DNA of 64,000 nucleotides from assembly GCA_976226885.1 (NCBI GenBank), contig OZ320318.1, positions 39,928,001-39,992,000 on the forward strand, read 5' to 3'. Source of the stretch: Iphione sp. A-MEVVRFRX5 (Eukaryota). The notes beneath the pieces were generated by a model, which saw only the letters and a program-made list of their open reading frames with translations, did no database searches and was not told the DNA's origin. A program made the position numbers and the translations under genes. Shown piece after piece: positions 40,160 through 52,877 of the stretch (position 1 is its first letter; every line of letters begins with the position of its first letter).

Positions 40160-40173
40160 GTTGCCTAGGCAAC
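40160..40173. promoter_or_regulatory. Perfect palindromic RFX X-box
   Basis: GTTGCCTAGGCAAC. Confidence 0.45.
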
Positions 40174-43100
40174 CAAGGATGCATATCAAGATAGGAAAGG
40201 AGGAGTGATGGACCAACGAAAGAAGTGGGCACGTAGAAAGCAATCACAGTAATTCTCTGAATATTTCTATTAGAATGGTGTCATAAACTTATTTATGATA
40301 TAATGGTTACTCAACTGGAGCCTGGAAATGCCCGAAGGATAAGACTAACCATCACAGAGTAACGTGATTTGCATTCGGTATATTCTGTGTAAATCAAGTA
40401 CAATACATGTACAATGCGTCTGTATTTCGCCGGAGTCCAAAGCAATCTCTCAAGTAATATGTACATGCCTACTATGTATTTATTAACACATATTTTAATG
40501 CCAATTAACAACCCAAACCAGGACGGGTAGGTACATGTATACTCTGTATTCAAGTATATCAACATTTCTCGAGAGCGCAGCCGTTCGGCTGGAGATCTAG
40601 CTTGCTGCCTCAAGTATCACTCCTTCCCGGTTACGTGGTGCCCGACAGGCCTCTTTGCTATACACGCGAACGACAATTATGAGACATAAACCAGAGACGT
40701 GGGCTGGTTTATAGTCCAGCTGCTATTGTAATCTTTTAAACGTCAACGAAAAAAAAGAGTAACCATTAGGATCATCAACAGAGGGAGAGCAACCCGAAAT
40801 ACCAGAATAATCGTTAATTCCCCGCAGTGTTAGACCACTAAATAGGGTAAATAATGGTAGTTTACACCGAGTAATGCCTTGTGTGAATCGCTTCTTAATG
40901 GGAGAAGGCCATAGTGAATTAATTTCATATCCTGTGATTCAATGTGTATTATTGAAATGTAGTTGACCAGACCGAACCCTTAGAAAATCCACGGGCACCA
41001 TGTGTCTAACTGAACTTTCGGGTATTACATTGCACCGTAATGTTTAAATCAAAGCATTTATAACAGACTGGCTGAACTTTACAGGCTATATAGTGGGACC
41101 TCATCTTCCGTTCAGAACAGGAAGGCGCTTGACAGGCTCGAATTAGCTCAGAATGAAACATTTCCCTGTATAATTTCATATTTATGATAATATTAAAAAA
41201 ACAGCCATCTCACCCGGTGGGCAAGTCAGTTTAGCAAAGAACGCAAGATGTAACATCGACAATAAACCCAGGCGTCAATGTTGAGAGGGTGACAGCTACA
41301 AACATTGTTGAATCAAAGAAGTATTGGCACTGTTGTGGGCTTATTAGACATGAAGTTGGTCACACCTCTTAAGTAACACCTATAAATGGGTGCGGACTTC
41401 AACAGTTAAAGTTTGAAAATGATCCGAAATATGGATGACAGGCCACTGTGGCCACCTTTGCCCAGAGCGGTGGGTGATCTGATTGTTGAGGTTCCTCTGT
41501 ACTTTGACTCAAATTAGAGATACAAATTCTAACATGGTCATACCAGAACCTACCCTTCTGAGGAATCATGAGATGACGAATTAACAGCCTGTAGATTTTC
41601 ACATTATAGATGCGTAAAAGCGCCTATTCCTGTCATCACTAAAGGTAAACTGAAGTGAATAGACTGTTCTAACATGCATGTAGCGGCCTGCCGTATTCTA
41701 GATGGAAACATGTAAAATAATAAACAACTGATGGTCATTGAGATTCCGACACAGTCGCTGGGACTGGCGGCGGCCGTTGGCTCCCGACTGCCTCCTCTGA
41801 TCTATACAGAGCATCATCCCTCTGTAGTACGGCGCACTTCAAGAGCCAGCATGTGGTGGAAATACCGATCGAACTACCAGAACGTACCTGGCCGCGGTAG
41901 AGCTTCAGTCCGAATGGAAAGTCACGCTAAGCGGTGGCAGTAATGCACTCACCTAAACCATACAAGCTATAGTCTAGTCGTCGTTACCACACGGATGGGA
42001 ACATGGACTTTCCTCCTCTGATGTAACCTTGGCTTCTGAACATCCCGGTTATACACGATCACATAAGGACAGGTAGGCTGCCGTTCTTGGTTAATTTTTA
42101 ATGTGAAATAAGCATAGCGGCCGTATCTGCGGACTATTAACTGGAATACAGTAGAAGGCCACCTTAGGGACACATCTCCAATAGGGATGTTCCTCTTTTT
42201 ATAGAGGCATCCTTTAATGGCTCCTCCTTTCTTTATGTAAGAAGTCTCCAATGGGGATATGCCTCAATTAGGGACAGTTTGAGCAAGAATCGAAGGTGCC
42301 CCGATTAGAGGCCTTCTTCTGTATTTACAAGCATGGGAATCAATCGTAGGCTCGCTGTGCTACATTTGAAACACAGGATGAACTGAATGGTTCACCTCTA
42401 TGTGTACTTACCTAGAAATTTCAAAGCAGTGTGCGTCACACAGTACAGATTTATTATACAGTTAACCCTCGATATTCCAAGATCCCCTGGTAACAACTGG
42501 TCATGCCTGCCTGCAATGGTGAGGTGTTGGAAAAGTGCGTGGTCACTCTACTCTGTATTTATGTTTTTTAAACTGATTTTTAATCAGTAATGGACATGCT
42601 TACTTCTTCATGTGAACCACATTTTCCTAGTAACCCTGCAAATCAAGGTAATCTCTTAGGGTGAGATTATGCATACGTGCAGTGTACATGGAATGGAGCA
42701 AATATTTAGGACTTGACCGATGTATATGTGTATGCTTGGTCAACACGTAGTTGAGAACTAGTGGTTTTCGCATGTACTCGCACATTTGTAGTCGAACTGA
42801 GAGCACAAAGCACTGATAACATTCACAGGTTTATATATATTTATATGGAAAACTGGGCTTTAACGCGAAAGTAGAGCACGCCCCAGTTTGCTTCAATGCG
42901 ATAACCACTAGGATGTTCTTGCGTAGGAAGCGCAACACTTTTAAAAACTAAAGATCGTTTTAGTGACAAATTATGAGCGGTATCAATGTGCGTGTAGATT
43001 AGCAGCCTGGTATCCTATTGACTGCACAGGCTTGACTGCAGGAAGCAGAACGATCCTACCATGGTTGGCTCAGGTTGCAGCTGGCCAGTCCATTAGGCTG

Positions 43101-45009
43101 CTCTTGTTTCCAATGCCTAGGCGTCAGCACCAATATCAGTCCCGTTCATATGCAGAGACACAACCAGGTCAGTGATATACATGTGGAAGTATCAGTCTGT
43201 GGCGCTAATGATAAACAAGAGGTGGTCACGCATTAGATATATATATATATATACATGTTTGAATATGTACTTTGTTATATATATTAGCGGGTCCACCGTT
43301 TTCTGTGGATCAATCTGCCAGACTGGTCCTCGGCGACTGTATGAATTGATTAACATTTCTTACCTGCTATATAGCTTTGTTAATAACCGAAGAATGCTTA
43401 GTTAACTCTGTAATGATGGAGGTACTTCCCATACTCAGGAAAAAAAAGAAAGATAAGATGAAGATATTTTTGAAATAATAATTTTAGCCTTAATTTCCAC
43501 GAACCCATGTTTTCATGGCACCTCGCGTTTTTGTGTTTCAACAAAAATCAATCGTTAAGTATTAGACTGTTTCCTAGTACATGCATCCGTATGCACTGTG
43601 GTGCTCCATGGTGCTCCATGTTTTAGATTGGGAACATGAACATGGACATTAAACCTATTGCAGCTGGTCTGTGCTTCTTTGGCCTTTCCAGTCAGAGACA
43701 GGTTCAATTCTCGTCTGCTTCATTCTCACATCTTACTATCGGCTATCTACACAGCCTTTCCAACATGGCATGTACTCCTAAGCAGTGCGGAACATATTCC
43801 ACGTCTTATTCCATGTAGAAAATCCATATCTAGATGTACCCCATATTAAGCAGACCTAGAGGCTAACCGATAACGGAACGCAAAAGAGGTCAACACACCA
43901 TTCAGGAGCACACTTTAATTGTTGCCTGATAGGCTCAGATTAACAGTGCTTTCGGTCCTGGACGGTGGAGAGTAATGAACTTTGATCCTCTCTGCTTGAT
44001 ATGATATAGTAGGTGTATTTCACACACTGATGTGTGTTGCTTACATTCAAGTGACTAAGCAGACATAGGTTATTTTCGTAATTTCGAATTTCGTAAAAAC
44101 TGTAGCCTTGTACCTCATGTTGGTGTGACAAACCCAGAGGCTGTACTTGATATAGCAATTGGATGTTAAGAAGGATTAGGATGATTTTTGTCAGGATGAT
44201 AATTATATTTTTACGTTGGCACCCTTGCGCCTTATACATAACTGTCTGCTACATCTTTATACCATTTCCCTGAGGGACTAATCAGCCAGGACATTCATCC
44301 TTGGGTACCAGTTGGAGCGAGCGCTCGATCTTAATGTGTATGTACAGAGGCCAGGGGGGAAGCCCGATGCAGTCTTCCTCATTATTCTGCATACGGCAGA
44401 TTCCCAGCCCTACAAAGCTCATCGCCGTAATGTAAAGACATGATTAGAGACTTGGATAATTTGTGTGCCAGTGGAAATGGACTTGACGTTGCCGTTGACT
44501 CCTTGGTTCGGTGTGGCCATTCCATCCTAACCATATCTATTCAGGTGGCATTAGTCTGATTTGCATCATGTAGTCGGTCTCACCAGATTTGAGGATCGTC
44601 TCCAAGCGTAATCGGATCGGACCGGACTTCACTCAGTGAAAAGAAAGCGTTAGGAAGTTTGATGACCGGATGCTATGGAGTTGTCAGATCGTGTCTTTTT
44701 CCTCACATGAGAATGGTGTTAATATGGTTACTATATAGTCGAGGCCGCCACCGGAGTATCCCGACCATCTAGGTTTCAATTGAACAGTGTCGCCTGGTAT
44801 AGCGCGCTCTCTTAGACTGAAGCCACCTCCAGGGCGGATCCAGTGAGCAAAGGGCTTCCCTAATAAGACCATCATGAGAGGTGTTCCATATATCGGGTTA
44901 CTGTGATTACTGTGATTCGATGTCCTGCTCGCCCAGGAAGACCTGCCCAACCTTTGCCGACTCTGATACACATTCTCTGTGAACAACTCTCTGCTCTTCT
45001 TCCTTCCAG

Positions 45010-45121
45010 CCCGGCCAACTTCAAGGAGGATGAAGTGGATCGGCCTAAGCGCGAAAATAAGAAGGAACACCGGAGGCGCGCCAGTGTCTTCTCCAAGTTC
45101 GGCAGCTACAGACAGCGCAAG
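45010..45121 (+). CDS. AKAP13: Exon (PANFKEDEVDRPK...RRRASVFSKFGSYRQRK)
   Basis: Long pyrimidine tract + cag|; AAG|GTAAAG donor; phase 2 to 0; contains a PKA-type RRRAS site. Confidence 0.85.
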
Positions 45122-45382
45122 GTAAAGATATGTTTTGTTCATTTTGTGTTGATATTGAAAAAATGGAACGTTGATATTCTCCACATCTGGCGATTCCTCA
45201 TTCTGCAGTCACTTTAACATGCAACTGTGTACAAGTCCCCCTCGCGGCATCAATGCAGGTATCCAATGGTCGAAGTCGAAAGATCAGTCGCATTATGTTT
45301 GAAACCTCAAGATTCTGCTAAGCAACCCTTAGGCAATCAGTTTCTGTAGGAACTGATCAGTGTTATTGGGTTTTACTTGAAG

Positions 45383-45503
45383 GTGGTTAAGGAATCCAAG
45401 CTAAAGACTACGCACCAATTCGTACCGATATCCTTCAGTAATTCGACTGCCTGCGATGTCTGCAATAAGTTCATGGCAAACAAGGCAGCCCTTCAATGTG
45501 AAA
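45383..45503 (+). CDS. AKAP13: C1 domain, first half (VVKESK...HQFVPISFSNSTACDVCNKFMANKAALQCE)
   Basis: ttttacttgaag| and AAA|GTAAGT; phase 0 to 1; H-x12-C-x2-C pattern. Confidence 0.92.
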
Positions 45504-45824
45504 GTAAGTTATTCCATTTCTGACCGATTCGCATTAAATACCTCGATACACCTGACCGCATATTCTCCCTATTATATTTTTTTCAGTTAAGTATCAATAT
45601 ATAACAACGGAAACTAGTATATTAGTATAGTTCCTTGCCTACATACTTACATAAATGGTCCCATTACTAAGTAATAAGTACCTGTCGGTGCTGATTGTTT
45701 TTGTCAGGGATTAGACCGAGCAATCGATTTGACTCAACAGTTGTAGTATATATATATATATATATATATGGCGCACATCCAGCCACAACATGCAGTGATC
45801 TTATATAGACGACTGCTCGCTCGT

Positions 45825-45848
45825 GGCGGGTGGGGCGGGGCAGGGCGG
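45825..45848 (+). promoter_or_regulatory. GC-box (Sp/KLF) cluster inside the intron that splits the C1 domain
   Basis: GGCGGGTGGGGCGGGGCAGGGCGG in an otherwise AT-rich intron, about 65 nt upstream of an in-frame ATG (45915). Confidence 0.4.
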
Positions 45849-46086
45849 ACTGGGACGCAAACGTTCGTCCATGCGCCAACTGTAGTGCCAGGCTTACGGG
45901 TGTATTGATTATTGATGGCTCCTTGTCTGCTTTCTCTTCCTGCCCACCCCCGTCCCCTCCTACCTCCATGCAACCACCACAATTACGCTGCTACTACCCT
46001 GACTTCCTCTCTTTGCCCAACCTCTCTCAACACCCCTCATCCCTCCTGCTCTCTTTACTCCTACCTCCGCCCAAATGGCCGCGCAG

Positions 46087-46160
46087 ACTGTATGGTTAAC
46101 GTCCACGAGAATTCCTGCAAGGACCAAATTGCCCAGTGCCGTGGAGTTCAGCATCCCAAG
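46087..46160 (+). CDS. AKAP13: C1 domain, second half (NCMVNVHENSCKDQIAQC...HPK)
   Basis: gcgcag| and AAG|GTACGG; phase 1 to 0; completes the Cys/His zinc ligands. Confidence 0.92.
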
Positions 46161-46390
46161 GTACGGAAAAGGATTTGCTTACTTGACTTTGCATTGCCCC
46201 TTGTAAATGTGACAATGATTTAAATGTCTTATGACTTAAATCTTATTGATAATGATCTTTGATCCCTTTGCTATGACCTTAAGATTACAAGCAACATAGC
46301 CAGATAGATACACATGCTTCAAGATCTGAATGTCGTGTCTGTATTTTCGTAGCATAGGACGATTTTATCTTATTTGTGTTGCATTTACAG

Positions 46391-46445
46391 TTACAACATC
46401 GAGAATCAATGAAAATGGCTAACTACAATTCCAGTAGTTTACCAG
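46391..46445 (+). CDS. AKAP13: Linker exon (LQHRESMKMANYNSSSLP)
   Basis: catttacag| and CAG|GTATGT; phase 0 to 1. Confidence 0.75.
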
Positions 46446-46709
46446 GTATGTTTTCATCACAAGCAGAGTTACGTGTGTTTTCGCAGGTCCTGCCGTGCAA
46501 CTGTAGATACATATACATTCATAATTTTAGACTTCCAATCTGACGTTTAATTTGGCATATCCTAGATATCTGATCTACTTAATTTCTTTTCAATAAGACG
46601 AAGTCTTGCATGTAGGGAAAGGACGTATTTTTAATCGCACTGACGACCTGATATTAAAACAAAACTTGCGTCCTGAGTATAAAAATAAACAATTATCAAT
46701 TACTTTCAG

Positions 46710-46783
46710 TCGGCACCACGGGAGTGAAACTATCCAATTCTGTGAAGCAGGACAGACGGGCCAACTCTGCGGAAAGACCACAA
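46710..46783 (+). CDS. AKAP13: Linker exon (VGTTGVKLSNSVKQDRRANSAERPQ)
   Basis: tactttcag| and CAA|GTACGT; phase 1 to 0, open. Confidence 0.75.
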
Positions 46784-48509
46784 GTACGTGCTCAAGTCTG
46801 TACTTCTGATCATTACACACAGCATTAGTGGTTGCTACACAAATTTACTTCTATTCGATAACATTTTTGCACAATATTACATGGTTTGGAAATGAGCCTT
46901 TGGGGAATTACCGTGCTGCATTTCCATTAGGATGTATTATTCAGGTTATTGTGGAAGTGTGTTCCAGCCAGCGCTATAGCATGTCTAAAATTCCCACGGA
47001 GCGAGATAGTTTGTAATCAAAATTTTCACGTATCATATACGCCTTGTTTGCGAGGCAGAGGGAGCTGTAAGTGAGTGCTACATATAACGTGTGGGTAGAA
47101 GCCATGCAACATTGTGTAACAGGATCTTGCACAGACCATGATGCGGGCGCGTGCTGTTCAATGCGATGGCGAGTCAATAAATGCAGTCATCGTCAACCCA
47201 ATTATACAAGGCCGAGGTATATGTATATATACATGAACATGCCCTGTATCCGATAACCTGCTTCATAATCTCCGTCTAGGTTCCGCATTACAAAAATTCT
47301 TGAACATAATGCTTTTACAATATACATTCTTTATACATGGAAATATATACGGATAAACATGTATATATATCTGTACATTGTATATGTTTGGTCATATGTA
47401 ACCATGGCGACACAATAGCAAATTAAACCCGTGTCGTTACAATTAGGTACCATAGATAAGACCCCCAGATGAGGAATTGCAACTTGACCCAGGATTCATT
47501 AGGGTGATGAAAAGCCAATACTTTCGTATCCCCGATCTGGACTAACCTTCACCGGGAACATTTCTTAATCCCGTATGATACCGTGCAATCATGGAGAGTG
47601 TTTCTAATCCGCAGGAGTGTCAGGAAGGACTCCATCCCGCCTGTTGTTTTTTTCGATTTTGCCCTAGTTGCTAAACTGAAAACATATATAAATCGTATAG
47701 GTCACGTCATCATAATGTTATGTGCTAGCAGATATCTAGGAATTACATGAATTTATTATTTTTTACCACGTTTACTGTCCAACGCATGTTTTCGATAATG
47801 GCCTTTTCTCAATGTATAATTGTGGTGTTTAGTACACGGAAGCATTACAATGTCATTAAGTACACAGAGAAATGACAGCCTTCCTTTAAATATATGTGCA
47901 TATCATTCCTGCCGTGTGATAACATGTAAATGTCCTTTTTTTGCATATTGAATGGAAATATTTCCGAATTTGTCGTATCCAGTAATCAGATGGATAATTA
48001 TATCGAAGAAAAAGACCGTCATCTGTTCACACTTCCGTGCAACTTTCACAGCAGAATAATTACTAAATATGATTATGAGAAAATTGTATTAAGACACTGA
48101 AAAGTCCTTCGTGCCCGCTAAAATGTTTTTCTGTGATGAACAGATGTTTATAAAAGTAACAGAGAAAGATGAATGTGAGAACTTCTTTAAATATCTGCCT
48201 TTTTATTTGATGCCTTTTTGTTATAATTATGGCAATTCATTTTAGACCTGATCCTGTTTGCATGTCATGTTGATGGTTTTTATTCTTCACATGCGGGGAA
48301 ATATTTGATTAGAGTTCAAGAGATCGTGCAATGTGAACTAATTTCTCTGAAAAAGGAAAGCCTGAAATTCTATGTAAACACTAGCTTGTGTCTTGCTATT
48401 GTTTTTATTTCACACTTCGTTTTGGCTTGGCATTTTGTTTTTGCTTTCTGGACAAGTAGTATATTATTGCCAATTCAGCATTAATACCAAATCTGAATTG
48501 TCTTTCCAG

Positions 48510-48553
48510 ATATCACCGTCAGGCATGACTGTACAACGACAAAGCTCTTCTGG
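48510..48553 (+). CDS. AKAP13: Linker exon (ISPSGMTVQRQSSS)
   Basis: tgtctttccag| and TGG|GTAAGC; phase 0 to 2. Confidence 0.72.
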
Positions 48554-49685
48554 GTAAGCACATTTCTCTCTTGACACACGCTCCTAAATGATTGGTCCAG
48601 TCAACATCTGTCCCTTTCACATAAAACGTGACAGATGCGAAAATAAGCCGTTTCAGTTGGGGAAATATGGACTTACCCATATAATCTTTATGTCAAAATA
48701 AGCCGTTCAGTGTATACCATTCTTTTTCCCCCTTACCTAAGCCCAAGAAGCAGTACTGCTTTCACAGACTTTGGACGTCGGCATAAAATGTTCTGTCTGA
48801 CACTCTTTGTTATGGTGCTCTTCCGTGGCGTCCCTCTACGATGTGTGGGCACTGCCTCTGGCTATACTCCAGTATTCATTCAGTCTCCTCCACGTGCAAA
48901 ATTACTGAAATCTTTGAGCTTATCGGCCTTCCCTCTCGCTCCGTGGCAATAGAGGTGCATTCATTAAGGCCTATGATCCGTGCACAAGTACTGTGTGGTA
49001 TGTGGTTGGTGCATGAAAGGTGTCTGTACATTGGTTAGGTCTGTCTATGTGTGCATATCGGTTTATCTGCTTATTAGGGAGAATCACACGCATGTACTAT
49101 ATATAATATATATATATATATGGATGTACGTATTCATTATACAAGTTTCTTTCCAATTTGCTTGAATCCACTTGTATCATAATAATTTTTATGAGATTCT
49201 TATCAAGATATACCTTAATTGAAGACCTTATGAGAACTGTGCAGACGTTTTATCCAAAGATATTTGAAATTATTTCCTTTGTTAATATATTTCGTGATTA
49301 TATATATACAGATCATTTGTATGTATCTGGAATGTAGTGACGACCTGTTCACACTTAATCTACTTTTGATGAGTGAAGTTCGGCAGTACACATAATAATG
49401 TTCACTGTGCATTCCTTGTATGCATTTGCACAGTGAATACACGTGTTACAGCCCCATACGTACAACACTGATGGTAACACATGTGCACGCATAGACATGG
49501 GGACTTTCAGATTATGAATTGAATTATGGGAACACATGGATCACAGGCCTTATTATATGAACCTTTCCTTAACTACCCATGAGACTAATGAAGAAAGACA
49601 TTCTTTAAGCGTTCAGTACAAATATCTTTAAAGGGAAATAAACTTTGGAAGTCCAGAATGATTTAAAAAATAGATAAGTACACCA

Positions 49686-50225
49686 AAATCTTGAAACAAA
49701 TTGAAGGGTAACTGATGTTGAAAACTAGCTGAAATGATATTTTTCTGGTATTGTAGTCGAGATATCTAGAAATTGTTTAGACCTTCCTTTATTTTACCTA
49801 TAGCTAAAATTATTAACGTTAAATAATTGTACTTATCCAATCTAACTGGGCAGTACTAGAAGAGGAAATCTTGAAACAAATTGAAGGGTAACTGATGTTG
49901 AAAACTAGCTGAAATGATATTTTTCTGGTATTGTAGTCGAGATATCTAGAAATTGTTTAGACCTTCCTTTATTTTACCTATAGCTAAAATTATTAACGTT
50001 AAATAATTGTACTTATCCAATCTAACTGGGCAGTACTAGAAGAGGAAATCTTGAAACAAATTGAAGGGTAACTGATGTCGAAAACTAGCTGAAATGATAT
50101 TTTTCTGGTATTGTAGTCGAGATATCTAGAAATTGTTTAGACCTTCCTTTATTTTACCTATAGCTAAAATTATTAACATTAAATAATTGTACTTATCCAA
50201 TCTAACTGGGCAGTACTAGAAGAGG
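49686..50225. repeat. Tandem array, 3 x 180 bp
   Basis: Units start at 49686, 49866 and 50046; units 1 and 2 are identical; unit 3 differs at two positions (50079 T>C, 50178 G>A). Confidence 0.97.
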
Positions 50226-50667
50226 ATATAATGTACTGGAACTGTACAATAATACACAAGTAGCAAACCATGGTCTTACTCTCATTAGGTGTATCTGCAG
50301 CTATCTTTTAAAATGATGCTGCCCCTCTCTCCTCTCCTATCACTCCGTCTCTCTCACACATCGCTGACGTTCTTTCTTAATCCCCAGAGTTCTCTTTTTG
50401 TTTGGCCTCTCTGTTCTCAACCTCCCATTATACCTGTCACTCTTTCCCGTGTCTTTTATATCACAATTGCAAGTACACGAAAACATGTTGCCCCATATTT
50501 AAAAAAAAAGAAGAAACAGCCTCACTTCATCCCAAAGACTCTGAGCCCAAGGGCACAGGTTTATCTCATGGATCAACCCCCCCCCCCGCCACAGTCTTGT
50601 CCAGATGACGCCGACGTCGCCTCTGGCTTTTTCGATGACCGCATGACCATAATATTGTTCTGAACAG

Positions 50668-50739
50668 AGTAAACGGAACCACAGTGGGCAGCAGCGGCTA
50701 CTTTCAGTGGCGGCGGGTCGCCACAAAGTTAGGAATTGA
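50668..50739 (+). CDS. AKAP13: 72-nt symmetric exon (GVNGTTVGSSGYFQWRRVATKLGI)
   Basis: gttctgaacag| and TGA|GTAAGT; phase 2-2, open; skippable without frameshift. Confidence 0.65.
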   Translation, partial: SKRNHSGQQRLLSVAAGRHKVRN

Positions 50740-52476
50740 GTAAGTCCCTGCCTCGCAGAGCGAAAGTTTTCCTTCCCTTAGCCCTTGAATCAAACTCGTT
50801 CGTCTCCTTTTTCGTGTGCGTTGTTCCGTGTTTATTTTCTTCCTCCTGCTTGCATGATTTCGCGGCTTGCCTTGCCAGCTTCATTTATGATCCAGCAGGC
50901 GGCGACACCCGCCTGTATCTACTTGTTAAATCATGTTCAGGTATAAGGACCATCTACCAACGAGCTCTCTCTGCATCTGTGGTTTTGTGGTCAGAGCTCT
51001 CTTGATTGGTCTTTCGTTAACATGTTGAATAATGTAGCGGGTACTTTGGGCTTTTGATTTTTCATTTTCCTGTTCTTAACTTCGCATTAAATTATCATTT
51101 TTGAATATATAGATAGTGTAATTCTAGATCTTGGCATGTGCCAAGTGTTCTTCAAAGCATTTCTCCTAGACGACTTCCAGAATTCATCTCACCAACAGAA
51201 AGTATAATGGAAACTCATGCTCTTTCAGGCTGTACAATTGAAAAAATACATAGGCCCTTTCCTAGATTAGTATTAATATTCATAAGATATCAGATTGATG
51301 TTATCTTATGATATTGTAGGTTCGATTATCTTAACACTAATACTGCCTATAAAACACATCATAATTATATCTACAGGATACTGCAGAAACGTGAAAGCTA
51401 AGGCTAAATAGCTTTCTGGGCATATGCATGAACAAAAACCTTATTTTTTTCAAGAGAACTCCCTTTTTTTAGATTAACATCCATGAACCGTACATAAAAG
51501 CATGGAGATGTTTTTATCGATTCATTTCAAAAGTTTTATCGAATTATATAATTTAAACTGGTTTAATACTATGAAAAAGTTCCTGTATCAAACTTCACAT
51601 CGCGACAGATGGGCACTTTTGTTTCAGTAGACGATAAATGACAATGATCCGCTATGTTAGTGCATTTGGTCGAATAAGATAAGGTGTCTTCCAGATGTTT
51701 CGTTTCATAGTTCGATAACAGTGTCTGCTGTATTGACAATTTTGCACGATTACCGTTATAAGAGATTGATTTGAATCATACCCAGTTGTCTCCAAATGAT
51801 TACATATGTGATTTAATCTTTTGTCACGCCGTCACCGTATACCTGACGACATTTTCTGTCTCTTCATGTCAGTTTTGTTGTATTTGTGGACCATTTTTAT
51901 CCCACATAGTGAAATGTTTTGGTGGTGGAAACAATCCGTGTAACTTCTGTCAGTAGCGTTATATTACCATCCGAGGTAATCGGACAATTTCCTCCACATT
52001 CTCCCGCGGACCGTTTAGTATCTTTACTGTTACAAAAAAAGCATCATCATAATTCGAAGAGCATCAGTTGGAGATTAAAGAAAGAAATGTTTATGCAGTT
52101 TTAGATCTCTAATAAGAAGATGATTGAATATAGCTTAGAACGTAAAATTATTGTAGCGCTATCTCAGGCCAGTTGCTAATTTTTTACTAACACATTCAAG
52201 TTACCTAAAATAACTGCAAATTTGGGGTTCTCCGGTCTATTATCAAATGACATCTAATACACTGGGTAACGAAAATTTTAATTTATAATCAGAATGAAGT
52301 GAGATAGGTATAAAGTACAAGAAGATCAACACGTCAAGCAAACATCAATTTCAATTGGTCAATATTCTATTCAGCCTTTTGGATATCATAAGTTTTCTTC
52401 TGGACACATTTGATGGACCAATAGGTTTATTTTGTCATCGATGTCATCACCCATCCTATCGTTCATCTTTCCACAG

Positions 52477-52593
52477 TAAGGTAATTAGTGAGGAGCGAGA
52501 GAAGGATGGCAAGAAAGAGGAAGGCTTCGACGATCGGAAAGACCAACAGTCGAACAGCTCCCACATGCAACTCCAGATCAGCGATAGTACAAA
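52477..52593 (+). CDS. AKAP13: 117-nt symmetric exon (KVISEEREKDGKKEEG...QISDST)
   Basis: catctttccacag| and AAA|GTAAGT; phase 2-2. Confidence 0.8.
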
Positions 52594-52877
52594 GTAAGTC
52601 ATTGATTACCTTTCAAGTTAGACTCCCGAAAGTGCTGGTGTGATAACGCCAAAAATAAAGGGGAAGAAGGAGAATAAAGCGAAGAGATCAATAATATTGT
52701 GAGAATGTCATTGCAAGTTGGTACGTATAAATATATGAAACTGCACATGCACATTTATGAGGCTGGTCTTGTACATACACTTTCCTTTAAATTATTTGAG
52801 TTCTTTCTCCACAGAAACCGAGTAAAGCTGAACTTTATCTCCGTAACTGAACTTCACCATATCCGTTTCTCTTTCAG

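Noticed and set aside
41900-42400. Possible Gypsy integrase remnant
   Set aside because: No clear HHCC or DDE motif and no LTRs found.
43113-43167. Short ATG-started exon candidate (MPRRQHQ...) with a GTCAGT donor
   Set aside because: It ends in phase 1 while the next exon (45010) needs phase 2.
44684-45184. 166-aa minus-strand ORF
   Set aside because: It is the antisense shadow of exon 45010-45121 plus flanks, with no recognisable product.
49686-50225. CRISPR-like or other prokaryotic repeat array
   Set aside because: Units are contiguous 180-bp duplicates without unique spacers, and the context is a eukaryotic intron.
50896-50940. 45-nt AG...GT segment as a poison exon
   Set aside because: It contains an in-frame TAA and has a weak acceptor; it cannot be distinguished from chance without reads.
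52815-52821. 7-nt microexon AAACCGA before GTAAAG
   Set aside because: It would shift the frame; an alternative acceptor explains the site better.
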